Source of the DNA: Leucoraja erinacea
Lineage: Eukaryota
DNA length: 64,000 nt
Direction of reading: 5' to 3'
NCBI RefSeq assembly: GCF_028641065.1
Contig: NC_073386.1
Coordinates: 60,946,001-61,010,000, forward strand
The position numbers and the translations under genes were made by a program. The notes under the pieces were generated by a model, which saw only the letters and a list, made by a program, of their open reading frames with translations, was not told the origin of the DNA and did no database searches. This document shows positions 50,630-62,337 of the stretch, piece after piece (position 1 is the first letter of the stretch; each line of letters opens with the position of its first letter).

Positions 50630-51905
50630 TCTCCAAAAGACTGGAGGGTGGCTGATACTGACGCGTAATTGAAGAAGGACATTAGGGCCACGCCAGGGAT
50701 CTACACCAGTGAGCCTGACGTCATTAGTGGGAATGTCCTTAGGGATAGGAACTATCCATATTTGGATAGACACGGACTGATTAGGGATAGTCCTAAATTT
50801 ACAAGATCTAGATCATTTGGGAGGGTGGGCCAAGGATTAGGGACAGCATGGCTTGTGTTGGGGAAATTGTGCCTCATGAACCTGATAAGGTTCAATAAGG
50901 TCTGGCATGGTGGGCTGGCGTGGAAGGTTAGATCTCATGAAACCCAACATGAGCTAAATTCGCTTGGAGGAAGTGGACTACTGCAGGGGTCAGTGCAGAG
51001 ACCACTGTTGTTGGTTATCTACATTAACAGTTTGCCATACAATATAGTGGACATTGATAGTAAGTTTGCAGATGACACCAAAATCAGAGCATGAGTGGAC
51101 AGTGAGAAGGATAAGTTTACAATAAGGTCAAGATCAGTTGGGAAAGGGAGCCAAGGAATGCCAAATGGAATTTAACTCTGACAAGTGAGGGAGTGTTGAA
51201 CTGTGGTAGATCAAACCAGAGCTGGACTTACACAGTAAATGGTAGCGCCTGAAGAGTGTTGTAGAACAGACAGATGTGGAAATGCAGAGGCATGGTTCGC
51301 TGAGAGTGGCGAGTTAGGTGGACAGGGAGCTGAGGTGGCTTTTGTCAGACTGCCTTCAATGGGAAGGGTACTGCGTATAAAAGTTGGGACATGATGATGC
51401 AGCTGTATAAGTCATTGGTGAGACCACGCTTGGAGTAAGTACTGTGTGTAGTTCTGGTCACCCAGCTACAGGATGTCATTATATTGGAGACTTGGAAAAG
51501 ATTCACCAAGATATTGTCTGGACATGTGAGGTTCTGTTTTAGGGAGAGGGAGGATAAGGTGGGTTTTTTCCCCTTTGAGGCAAAGGACACTGGGCAGTAA
51601 CCTTATTGAGGTGAACAAGATCATGAGGGGCATGGATAAGGTGCACGCTCACAGGCTTTGTCCCAGGATAGAGGTTTCTAAAACAAGAGGGCACAGGCGT
51701 AAGGTGAGTGGGGAGAGATTAAAAAGGGGACTTCAGGGGCATTTTTATTCACATTGGGTAGGCAGTATCTGGAATGAGTTGCCAGAGAAAACTATAAAAG
51801 CAGATAGAATTACGAAAAATCCGGTATATGGATGAGAAGGGTATGTGGCCAATGGGCCGAGCCCAGAAAGCCAGCTTGGTCGGCATGCACAAGATGGACT
51901 GAAGG
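50630..51905 (+). mobile_element. Old degenerate CR1 fragment in the JH-CH1 intron
   Basis: SKFADDTKI and ORF2 C-terminal remnants. Confidence 0.75.
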
Positions 51906-52125
51906 CAGATGATGGCGAGACTCAGGGAAAGAACAGCCTGTGGGGCAGTTCAACGTGGTGGGAAATGTACTGTTGCTGGGTAGATTCTAACTCTGGAGGA
52001 TCCCGCCTGTGTCCGGGAAATCCGTTCCAAATATCACACCGAGTTCAGGTCAATTATAGAATTGGCAAAGACCATACATTAATAAAACACAACTGGGTAA
52101 AATGGAATTGAGGAATTGGTCTTAC

Positions 52126-52173
52126 CTGAAGTCACTGTCAGCGAGGTTCCTGCACCCCAGTACTCAAGATAGT
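52126..52173 (-). CDS. IGHJ: JH segment (YLEYWGAGTSLTVTS)
   Basis: WGxG motif and phase-1 donor TCAG|GTAAG. Confidence 0.95.
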
Positions 52174-52212
52174 CACACTGATTCATTTTCCCACTCAGTC
52201 AGTACAATAACT
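52174..52212 (-). promoter_or_regulatory. JH 5' RSS, 23-bp spacer
   Basis: Plus strand: CACACTG (52174-52180), 23 nt, ACAATAACT (52204-52212). Confidence 0.92.
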
Positions 52213-52538
52213 CCACTCGCCCTCCACATCCAATAATCTCAGCAAAGTGTCAACGTGAACTCTGCCCGGACCAGGAGCAGCCGTTTCCTGCATTTCCATC
52301 CCAATCTCCGTCCTTGTTCAACCTCTGGTGTGAATAATAGAGGCATTTTTGCCGTCTGCTGTCACCGGCTCTGGCCGTCCCTCACAAACACAATCGCCTC
52401 CTTTCGGGCTTTTAACCGGCCAGAAATGGACATTTCTTCCCTGCAGTGCGAGCCAGGCTTCAGGGATTTGACTTTGGCAAGCAGCAATGTTCAATGGATG
52501 GAGACAGACTGCGCTGCGGACGCTCATTTGTCGGGGGC

Positions 52539-52604
52539 AGTTTTTGTTCAGCTCTCCACCGCCGTGGGCCAGTATACACGGTGATTCACCGCCGCTCACA
52601 AACT
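52539..52604 (-). other. IGHD: D2 segment (10-nt core TATACTGGCC, 52567-52576) with RSS12 on both sides
   Basis: Plus strand: AGTTTTTGT-12 nt-CGCCGTG-core-CACGGTG-12 nt-TCACAAACT. Both heptamers are variant but keep the essential CAC. Confidence 0.88.
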
Positions 52605-52931
52605 GCGCTACCACATCCAGCCCGAAATCCAACGCTGGCCAGAGTGGACAACGGTTTAATTAAAGCCCCGTCCATGTGTGTCCATGTGTCCCACACAGCA
52701 GTGTCCAGTCTCGACAATTGCAGCCCTGTAGTGGACAGGAGATAACCCAACGCGACTGTCACCGTGCCTCGACCCACAGCGGCTCCTCGCTGTTTGTGTT
52801 CCCACATCTCCAGTGGAACTTGTTCCCTGTGCCAGATGATGCACTCTGGATCTGGTTTATATCCACGGGTCCCGAGGAAAGGCGGCGGCGGCAGCGCCCA
52901 GAGACGTGATTTAAAGCGTTTGGCTGCGGCA

Positions 52932-53010
52932 GGTTTTTGTATTGAGGAAGTCCCATCTCTCACACTGTGCCACCCGTATAGTCACAGTGATTCACCGCCG
53001 TACAATAACC
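52932..53010 (-). other. IGHD: D1 segment (13-nt core ACTATACGGGTGG, 52970-52982) with 5' RSS12 and 3' RSS22
   Basis: Plus strand: GGTTTTTGT-22 nt-CACTGTG-core-CACAGTG-12 nt-ACAATAACC. This is the classic elasmobranch D1 12/22 configuration. Confidence 0.95.
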
Positions 53011-53218
53011 CACATCCTCTCTCACTGTCTCCGAGCCCAGTCACTCCGCACGTCCGACTGTCAACTTGGAGCCCAAGGTCTCTCTCTGTTCATCGATGTT
53101 CCTTCTCGCCCAACCATTGACCGTGTGTCAGAGACGGACACCGGTTCTGATCGACCCGTGACTCCAGATCCACCCACGGCGCTTGGCTCCGAGCTGACGG
53201 CAGGTTCTCTCTCCCCTG

Positions 53219-53257
53219 GGTTGTTGTACCGGCCCGGCCCCGCTTCCTCTCACTGTG
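53219..53257 (-). promoter_or_regulatory. VH 3' recombination signal sequence, 23-bp spacer
   Basis: Minus strand: CACAGTG (53257-53251), 23 nt, ACAACAACC (53227-53219). Confidence 0.95.
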
Positions 53258-53554
53258 TCTGCCGCACAGTAATAGGTGGCCGTGTCGGCCAGACTCAGGC
53301 GGGTCATTTGGAGATAGACGTTGCTGCTGTCCTTGGAAACAGTGAATCGGCCGCTGAAGGCAGGCGCGTATTCTTTGCTGCCATCCCCAACACCACCGCC
53401 ACCCACTCCAGCCCTTTCCCGGGGACTTGTTTCACCCAATGCACGTAGTAGGTGCTGAGGCTGAACCCGCTGGTTACACAGGTCAGTTTGAGGGACTCTC
53501 CGGACTTTGCCACCTCGGTCGGGGTCTGATTCAGCACGACCGCGGATCGAACGC
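53258..53554 (-). pseudogene. IGHV: Germline IgW VH segment with a 1-nt frameshift in CDR2 (real lesion or assembly error)
   Basis: Acceptor ttttattggcag| then [12 protein letters not shown]...[34 protein letters not shown] in one frame, and [42 protein letters not shown] in another. The shift is at TTGGGGAT (~53383-53390). Both Cys and the core Trp are conserved. Confidence 0.92.
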
Positions 53555-53676
53555 CTGCCAATAAAAGAGAAACAAAGTTGAATAAACAGTTGAAGAGGCA
53601 GAGGGTCAAAGAGTGTCCGAGAAGCAGCCCGGCCCCGAGTGGGGGTGACGCCCGCCCGCCGCGGGGGGACACCCAC

Positions 53677-53722
53677 CTGGCAGACAGGACAGAAGGAGAC
53701 AGAGATAAGCAGCGACCCCCAT
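53677..53722 (-). CDS. IGHW: IgW heavy chain leader exon ([16 protein letters not shown])
   Basis: ATG at 53722, hydrophobic signal peptide, 46-nt exon ending in phase-1 donor G|GTGGGT. A 122-nt intron leads to the V exon, which supplies GVRS. Confidence 0.93.
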
Positions 53723-53811
53723 CACTCTGAGCACTGACACACACTTGGACACTCCAGGAATGGGCGGCTTCAGCTCAAGGTCGGCTTTGTCGGGAGCAGC
53801 AGTCAGCGCTG

Positions 53812-53819
53812 TTTAAATA
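53812..53819 (-). promoter_or_regulatory. TATA-like box of the VH promoter
   Basis: TATTTAAA ~90 nt upstream of the leader ATG. Confidence 0.6.
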
Positions 53820-54084
53820 GGAAAGTGAGCTGTGAGTGAGAGACAGAGAGAGAGGTAGCCGCGGTTTCCCCACCCACTGAAACCAGAGGCGCGGCTTCCT
53901 GTCCCTGCCCCCAGCACCCAGTTCAATTCCCCAAAAGGTGTTTGTCTCCACAACAGGTGGAGGGGCAATGATGAGATCCGGATTAAAGATTGATCCCACT
54001 CTGCTCCATCCACTCATTACAATGATGAACACTTTGTGGAGCAAGAGGTCACTCAGATCCCCAGTGAGGGGCTGAGTTAAAAGT

Positions 54085-54405
54085 CGGTGTACAGATATCC
54101 CCCTGAGAGAGTGGGACATCTGTCAATGTAGATATCCCCTGCCTTGGGAGAGAGGGGCTAAATTTCACCGGTCAGTGAACAGATATTCCCCTGAGCGAGT
54201 GGGACTGAGAGACCGGTCAGTGAACAGATATCGTGGTGAGAGAGAGGGACTGAGAGAGACCAGTCAGTGTACAGGTATCGTGGTGAGAGAGAGGGACTGA
54301 GAGACCGGTCAGTGTACAGATATCGTGGTGAGAGAGAGGGACTGAGAGAGACCAGTTAGTGCAGATATCCACATTAATGAGAGGGACTGAGAGACACCAG
54401 TCAGT
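54085..54405. repeat. ~45-bp minisatellite (GAGAGGGACTGAGAGACCGGTCAGTGTACAGATATC) upstream of the VH promoter
   Basis: Five to seven visible units, with related units at 56480-56845 and 57055-57103. Confidence 0.8.
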
Positions 54406-55052
54406 TTGAGTTGAGTTTATTGTCACATGTACCGAGGTACAGTGAAAAGCTTTAGTTGCATGTTAACCAGACAACAGACGGACAATACATGATTACAATT
54501 GAGCACAGTGAGCAGAAACATGATGAAGGGAATAACATGAATAAAGTTCAGTGCAAGATAAAACAAGTAAATTCTGATCAAAGATAGTGCGAGGATCTCC
54601 AATGAGGTAGATAGAGCACAGAAGTCAAGCTACAACAGCCAGTCGTGATGCTATGAATGAAGTCCATCTACGCCTATATCAGCGACAATCTACAACAATG
54701 TATGACCATACCGGTGACATGCTACGATCATACCGGTGACATGCTATGACCATACCAACGACATGCTATGACAGCTGGCGACCATCGGCAACAGTTGATG
54801 TGACTAGCTACACCAGGCTACAACAGTGGCTCCTCCATGAGTCTCCTTTTTCTCCAGGAGACGGCCCACCCAGTGTCTTCGGCTCCTGAAACAGCTCAGG
54901 GGGAAGCCTGGTGAAGTTTCTGAAGGCAGCCTCATCTTCTTGCTGGAGCTCAGTCATCAGGCTGCCATATTGGCCCAACCTGGGTCTCTACAGGGACATG
55001 GGATTCAACCACACACACACATCTTCTTGTACTTCCTCTTCCTCATTCTTCT

Positions 55053-55825
55053 TAGAAACATAGAAACATAGAAAATGGGTGCAGGAGTAGGCCATTCGGC
55101 CCTTCGAGCCTGCACCGACATTCAATATGATCATGGTTGATCATCCAACTCAGTATCCTGTACCTGCCTTCTCTCCATACCCCCTGATCCCTTTAGCCAC
55201 AAGGGTCACATCTAACTCCCTATTAAATATAGCCAACGAACTGGCCTCAACTACCTTCTGCGGCAGAGAATTCCAGAGATTCACCACTCTCTGTGTGAAA
55301 AATGTTTTCCTCATCTTGGTCCTAAAAGATTTCCCCCTTATCCTTAAACTGTGACCCCTTGTTCTGGACTTCCGCAACATCAGGAACAATCTTCCTGCAT
55401 CTAGCCTGTCCATCCCGTTAAGAATTTTGTAAGTTTCTATAAGATGGGATTCAACCACACACACTCAATCTTCTAAATTCTAGTGAGTACAAACCGAGTC
55501 TTTGCAGTCTTTCTTCATATGAAAGTCCTGACATCCCAGGAATCAGTCTGGTGAACCTTCAATGTACTCCTTCTATGGCAAGAATGTATTTCCTCAGATT
55601 TGGAGACCAAAACTGTGTGCAATACTCCAGGTGTGGTCTCACCAAGACCCTATACAACTGTAGTAGAACCTCCCTGCTCCTATACTCAAATCCTTTTGCA
55701 ATGAATGCTAACATACCATTCGCCTTCTTCACTGCCTGCTGCACCTGCATGCCTACTTTTAATGACTGGTGTACCATGACCCCCAGGTCTCGTTGCATCT
55801 CCCCCTTTCCTAATCGGCCACCATT
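55053..55825 (-). mobile_element. CR1 3' fragment
   Basis: ORF2 C-terminus and (TAGAAACA)n tail. Confidence 0.85.
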
Positions 55826-56634
55826 CTTGTCCTTCTGTCTTGCTGATCTTTAAGCATGAGGGCTGCTGCAAGCAGCAGGGCTTCTTCATGTGAGAGCAAT
55901 GTCCTCAGATGTTGGAAACAATACATCCCCTCTTATAATTCCATTGTTTTGGAGGCCAAAATGACATGAATTGTCTTCAGTTGTCTCCGACAGTCGTAAC
56001 TTGTCGTGGCTTGTTGCGGGTGGATGCAAGTTGACCGGTTGTCGCCTGTGTGGTCGTAGATTGTCGTAGGTGGACGTCCCAAGTCACGACGATTGGGTCG
56101 CCGGTTGTCGGTAGCTTGCGTTAGCTTGACTTCGACTCGGTGGTATGTTGTTGGAGTTTGTCGTAGACATTGTTGTGGGGGGGTCAAGTCGCTGGTTTTT
56201 CGGCTGCATTCTACAACTATGACAGTTGCAGGCAGTCGCCTAAGTGGGACATGCCCTTAAATGGCTTAATTGTAATCATGCATTGTCCTTCTGCTGACAG
56301 ATTAACACACAACAAAGGCTTTTCACAATCCCTCTGTACACATGAGAATAAACTAAACTGAACTGAACTGAAGTCAATGATGCAGTTGCAGAGGTGAGTA
56401 CTGACTCCAAGTCCCTCGAGTTTGGTGATGAGCTTGGCTGGTATAATGATCTTAAATGAGCTTGGCTGGTATAATGGTATCAGACTGTAGATATCTCATG
56501 TATGAGTGTACAGATATACCCCTGACAGTGGGACAATGTCCCAAGAGAGAGGTAATGAGTGAGACCGATCCGTTTACAGAAGGTAGAGGGAGCGAGGGAG
56601 AGAGGGGGAGAGGGTGAGAGAGGGGGGTGAGGTG

Positions 56635-56642
<8 letters not shown>

Positions 56643-56700
<58 letters not shown>

Positions 56701-56708
56701 GAGAGAGA
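56643..56708. repeat. (GA)n microsatellite
   Basis: Directly visible. Confidence 0.95.
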
Positions 56709-57949
56709 AACGAAGGGGGAGAGGGAGAGAGAGAAAGAGCACTAGCTGTCAGTGTACAAACATGCCAAGAGAGAGGCATTGAGAGACACTGGTCAGCGTA
56801 CAGATATCCCCATGAGAGAGAGGGATTGGGAGACACCAGTCAATGCAGAACTGAAACATAGATAAATAGGTGCAGGAGTAGGCCATTTGACCCTTCTGAT
56901 CATGGCTGATCATCTAAAATCAGTACCACGTTCCTGCTTTTTCCCCATATTCCTTGATTCATTTAGCACTAAGAGCTAAATCTCTCTCATGAAAACATCC
57001 AGTGAATTGGCCTCCACTGTTGTCTGTAGCAGAGAATTCCACAGATTCACAACTCAGTGTACAGATATCAAGCTGAAAGAGAGGAAGTAAGGTTCACCGG
57101 TCANNNNNNNNNNNNNNNNNNNNNNNNNNNNNNNNNNNNNNNNNNNNNNNNNNNNNNNNNNNNNNNNNNNNNNNNNNNNNNNNNNNNNNNNNNNNNNNNN
57201 NNNNNNNNNNNNNNNNNNNNNNNNNNNNNNNNNNNNNNNNNNNNNNNNNNNNNNNNNNNNNNNNNNNNNNNNNNNNNNNNNNNNNNNNNNNNNNNNNNNN
57301 NNNNNNNNNNNNNNNNNNNNNNNNNNNNNNNNNNNNNNNNNNNNNNNNNNNNNNNNNNNNNNNNNNNNCTGTAAGCAGTGTAAAGTTAGCCCCCTGAGAA
57401 AGATTGACAGGGAGAACCCATGCAGTGAGAGAAAGGGACTGAATTGATAAAACTTATTAGCACAATCTTCTGCCTCCACTAACCTTGGAAGAATCAATGT
57501 GAACCAGAATATCTTGGGTGGAAGGAGGATTATATATTGGTGAGGAATTTTCTCTCCCAGAGATTAAACTGAGTTTCACTCCTGGACAGGTGTCCCCTCA
57601 CTGCTGTTAGAAAACCCTTTGATCTGTGTCAGCTATGGGTCTTTTGATCCATGTTTTCAAGAACAGGAAGTGCAACACTAAGAGAAGCAGTCGCACTGAG
57701 AAACAGGAGGCTGCCCAGTCAAGGGAGCAGCCAAGTGCTCAATGGCAGGAAATCCCAGGGAGAGATGTTCTGTGGAGCATCTGTTCCTACTTCAGAATGG
57801 TCTCACAACAGTTCTAAACCATGCAGCTCCAACAGACATAGAGCAACAAACACAGCTCAATCCAACTCCCATGGCAGCTAAACAGATCTCCTGTTACCCT
57901 TTCAACCTCACTTTTACCATTGCCATGTCCTTTTACAGGAACTTGGGAT

Positions 57950-58682
57950 AGTTAATGGAGATGTCTTGAGGACAGTGCGTATTATGGACATGGAGGTGGT
58001 CGATGTCCTCAGGCGTATGACAGTAGATATGAAGATTGTACAAAACATTGATGTTTGGAATGCATTACCAGGGGACGTTGTGGAAGCAGATACGACAGCA
58101 ATGATTAAAAGGCATTTAGAGATAGATTAGACATTCAGTATTTTCTTTCTCTCGGGGTATGAATGTTTTGGTTCCACTTGTATTCCAAAGTATGTTTTGC
58201 CTCACATCAGTGGTAGGAATGTAATTGGAGAGGATTCTTTGGGATAGGATTTACTACCATTTGGAAGCCAATGGGCTAGTAAGGGACCATCAGCATGGCT
58301 TTGTACGCCACAGATCATGTCTTACTAACTTGAATGATTTTTTTGAGGAAGTGACAAAGGTGATCGATGAAGGTAGGGCAGTGGATGTTGTCCATATGGA
58401 CCATAGTAAGACATTTGAGAAAGTTCTCCATGGTTTGTTGTCCAAGAAGGTCAAAATGCACGGCCTTCAGAGTGATTTTGTGATCTGGGTCAATACCTGT
58501 TTACTGATAGAAGACAGAGGGTTGTGGTGAAGGTCGTTATTCAGAGTGGAAGTCTGTGACCAGCTGAGCTCTGCAGGGATCTGCGGACAGTGAGCAAGGA
58601 TGTTAAAGTATAGATCTGCGAGGAGGATGCTATGAGGCTGCAGGGTGACTTGGATTGGTTGGGTGAGTGGGCAGATGCACTC
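57950..58682 (+). mobile_element. Old CR1 RT fragments
   Basis: QHGFVRHRSCLTNL...AVDVV motif. Confidence 0.7.
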
Positions 58683-59239
58683 TAAAGTATAGACGATATA
58701 TATCAGCTCAGAAATGGGCAAAGAAATGGAAAATTAGGTTTAATCCGACTAAATGCTGAGTTGTTTTTCTAAAAATGACCGATATTCTCCACACTTGCAT
58801 GAAGCACATCTCTGTCTTCAGACTCAGTCCTATTGGTCAGTTATCTTTTCAGTAACGTAAGAATTGTTTATAGGTGTTGGTCTTTAAGTCAGGGACATAT
58901 TTCCATATGTCAAGCAGCCTGCTTGTTCTTTTTAGCAAGTCTGTTCCCTGTGGGATTCCCCCTGTTCAGATTAAGACAAGCTGCCATCTCCAACAGGAAA
59001 TCTGAGGTGAAGGAAATAGTGCCCACATCACTGTCCAGTTTCACACACCCGTCAACAGTCAAAATATGAAACATGTTTCTGGTAAATCAACAGCTGCATG
59101 CAGAGATTGTGTTCAAATTTGTCCCATGCATAGAGGATCATTAAAAAGGTTCTTCACCCCTACAGCCCATCCCCACTTTCTGCTGATCTGTGTTTGAACT
59201 CCATTTATCCACCTTGGATAAATGGAGTCCTTTAATCAC

Positions 59240-61300
59240 CAAAGAAGGTGGTTCAACTGTGGCTAACAAGGAAAATGAGGGATAGTGTTAAATCCAAGGA
59301 AGAGGCATATAAATTGGCTGGAGGAAGCAGCAAACCACAGGATTGGGGGAAATTTAGAATTCAGCAGAGGAGGACAAAAGGGATTAATAAAGAGGGGAAA
59401 AATAGTATGAAAGAAAGCTTGCGGGGAATATCAAAACTGACCGTTAAAACATTTTTTGATACTGTACTGTATGTGAAGAGGAAAAGATTAGTGAAGACAA
59501 ATGTAGGTACCTCAAAGTCAGAAACAGATGAATTTATAATGGGAAACAAGGAAATGGTAGACCAGTTAAACAAGTACTTTGGTTCTGTCTTCACTAAGGA
59601 AGACACAAACAATATCCCAGAAATACTAGGGGACTGAGGATCTGGCGTGATGGAGCAACTGAAGGAAATTGATATTAGTCATGAAATGGTGTTGGGTAAA
59701 CAGTTGGGACTGAAGGCCGATAAATCCAAAGGGCCTGATGGTCTGCATCCCAGAGTACTCAAGGAGGTGGCCATAGAAATTGTGAATGCATTTGTGATCA
59801 TTTTCCAATGTTCTATAGGCTCTGGATCAGTTCCTGAGGACTGGAGGGTAGCTAATGTAACCCCACTTTTTAAGAAAGGAGGGAGAGAGAAAACAGGGAA
59901 TTATAGACCAGTTAGCCTTCCATTGATAGTGGGGAAGATGCTTGAGTCGATTATTAAATATGTAATAGCAGCGCATTTTTAAAGCAGTGACAGGATCGGT
60001 CGAAGTCAGCATGGATTTATGAAGGGGAAATCATGCTTGACTAATTTTCTGGAAATTTTTGAGGATGTAACATCTAGAATGGATAAGGGAGAGCCAATGG
60101 ATGTTGTGTATCTGGACATTCAAAAAGCCTTTGACAAGGCCCACACAAGAGATTTGTGTGCATAATGAGAGCACACAGTATTGGGGGTAGGGTACTGACA
60201 TGGATAGAGAACTGGTTGGCAGACAGGAAGCAAAGAGTAGGAATTAACATGGCCTTTTCAGAATGGCAGGCAATGACAAGTGGGGTGGCGCAAGGCTTGG
60301 TGCTGGGACCCCTATTATTTACAATATAGATTAACAATTTAGACAAGGGAATCAAATGTAACATCTCCACGTTTGCAGATGATACAAAGCTGGGTGGCAG
60401 TGTGAGCTGAGGAGGATGCTAAGAGGCTGCAGGATGACTTGGATAGGTTGGGTTAGTGGGCAGTTGCATTGCAAATGCAGTATAATGTGGATACATGTGA
60501 GGTTATCTACTTTGGTGGTAAGAACAGGAAGGTGGATTATTATCTGAATGGTGTCAGATGAGGAAAAGAGGAAGTGCAGCGAGACCTGGGTTTCCCTGTA
60601 CATCAATCACTGACAGTAAGCATGCAGGAACAGCAGACAGTGAAGAAAGCTAATGGCATTTAAGCCTTCCTACCGAGATGATTTGAGTAAATGAGCAAGG
60701 AGGTCCTACTGCAGTTGTGCAGGGCCCTGGTGAGACCACACCTGGAGTATTATTGTGTGCAGTTTTGGTCTTCTAATTTGTAGAAGGACATTCTTGCTAT
60801 TGAGGGAGTGCAGAGTAGGTTCACCAGGTTAATTCCCAGGATGGCGCGACTGACATATGATGAAAGAATGTGTCGACTGGGCTTGTATTCACTGGAATTT
60901 AGAAAGATGAGAGGGGATCTTATAGAAACATATAAAATTCTTTAGGGATTGGACAGGCTAGATGCAGGAAAAATGCTCCCGATGTTGGGGGAGTCCAGAA
61001 CCAGAGTTTCAGAAAAAGGGGTAGGCCATTTAGGACTGAGATGACGAAAAACTTTTTCACCCATCAAGTTGTGAATCTGTGGAATTCTCTGCCACAGAAG
61101 GCAATGGAGCCCAAATCGCTAGATGTTTTCAAGAGAGTTAGATATAGCTCTTTGGGCTAACGGAATCAAGGGCTATGGGGAAAAACAGGAACAGGTTACT
61201 GATTTTGGATGATCAGCCATGATCATATTGAATGGCAGTACTGGCACAAAGGGCTGAATGGCCTACTCCTGCACCTGTTTTCTATGTTTCTATGTTTCTA
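59240..61300 (+). mobile_element. Degenerate CR1 (3' two-thirds of ORF2 plus tail)
   Basis: NYRPVSL, RT motifs and (TTTCTATG)n tail; a further fragment lies at 61605-61920. Confidence 0.9.
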
Positions 61301-62175
61301 ACATTCTGTCCATGTGGAAACTTTCAACTGAACCCCAGTCTTGACAGCTTCCAGGGGCAGTTCTGGGTTACCAATATCCTGGATGCCATGTTTATGTTTT
61401 TGTCCTTGTTTGGATCCACGGCAGAGGAAGCAGATTCTTCGTCTGCTCCAGTGCATCCAGTGATTATTTTAATCTCCCCAATTGCACCTTCAATTCTCCT
61501 CACCTCAGGGAGCATAGAACCAGACCTGATATTCCAACCACTTCTCTCCCACTGCCACTGTCCCTGGAGGGGATGCACCCGCTGCACCACCTCCAATACA
61601 CACATCCGTCTTCACTAAGGAGGACACAAACAATCTTCCTGATGTACTAGTGGCCAGAGGATCTGGGGTGACAGAGCAACAGAAGGAAATCCACATTAGG
61701 CTGTAAATTATGTTGGGTAGACTGCTAGGACTGAAGGTTGATAAACCCCCAGGGCCTGATGGTCTGCATCCCAGGGCATTTAAGGACGTGGCTCTAGAAA
61801 TCATGGACGCATTGGTGTTCATTTTCCAATGTTCTATAGATTCAGGATCAGTTCCTGTGGATTGGAGGGTAGCTAATGTTATTCCACTTTTTAAGAAAGG
61901 CGGGAGAGAGAAAAATGGAGTTTAGTTTCTCCCGTGCAGATGAGGTGAGAAACGGCGGTGGTCCCAGCACCAACCCCCCTCCCTTTTCCTTCCCCAAGGC
62001 ACGGTACACACCTCCCACCCTCACCACCGGCAGCTCTATGTCCGTCGGTCGTTCTGTCCACACCCCATGGAGTTTTAACCCCGGCCCGTAGCCAGGAACT
62101 GACCGGGTGAGTGGGGGCATCGGTGCCTCATCCGGGGATGAATCTCGGGCTAAGGGTCCGCTTTGATGCCCGACA

Positions 62176-62337
62176 CCCGGGTCACTGACCCTCACCTCCC
62201 CTGGACCCCCGGGTCACTGACCCTCACCTCCCCTGGACCCCCGGGTCACTGACCCTCACCTCCCCCGGACCCTCGGGTCACTGACCCTCACCTCCCCTGG
62301 ACCCCCGGGTCACTGACCCTCACCTCCCCCGGACCCC
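62176..62337. repeat. 32-bp GC-rich tandem repeat x5 (CCCGGGTCACTGACCCTCACCTCCCCTGGACC)
   Basis: Directly visible, next to an assembly gap. Confidence 0.92.

Noticed and set aside
52255-53448. Several 100-170 aa ORFs overlapping V-D-J
   Set aside because: GC-rich intersegment DNA or antisense frames of VH.
30196-53722. IgM or IgNAR assignment
   Set aside because: A conventional VH with CDR2, two D segments, the Cys-rich short tail and the number of C exons fit IgW/IgX.
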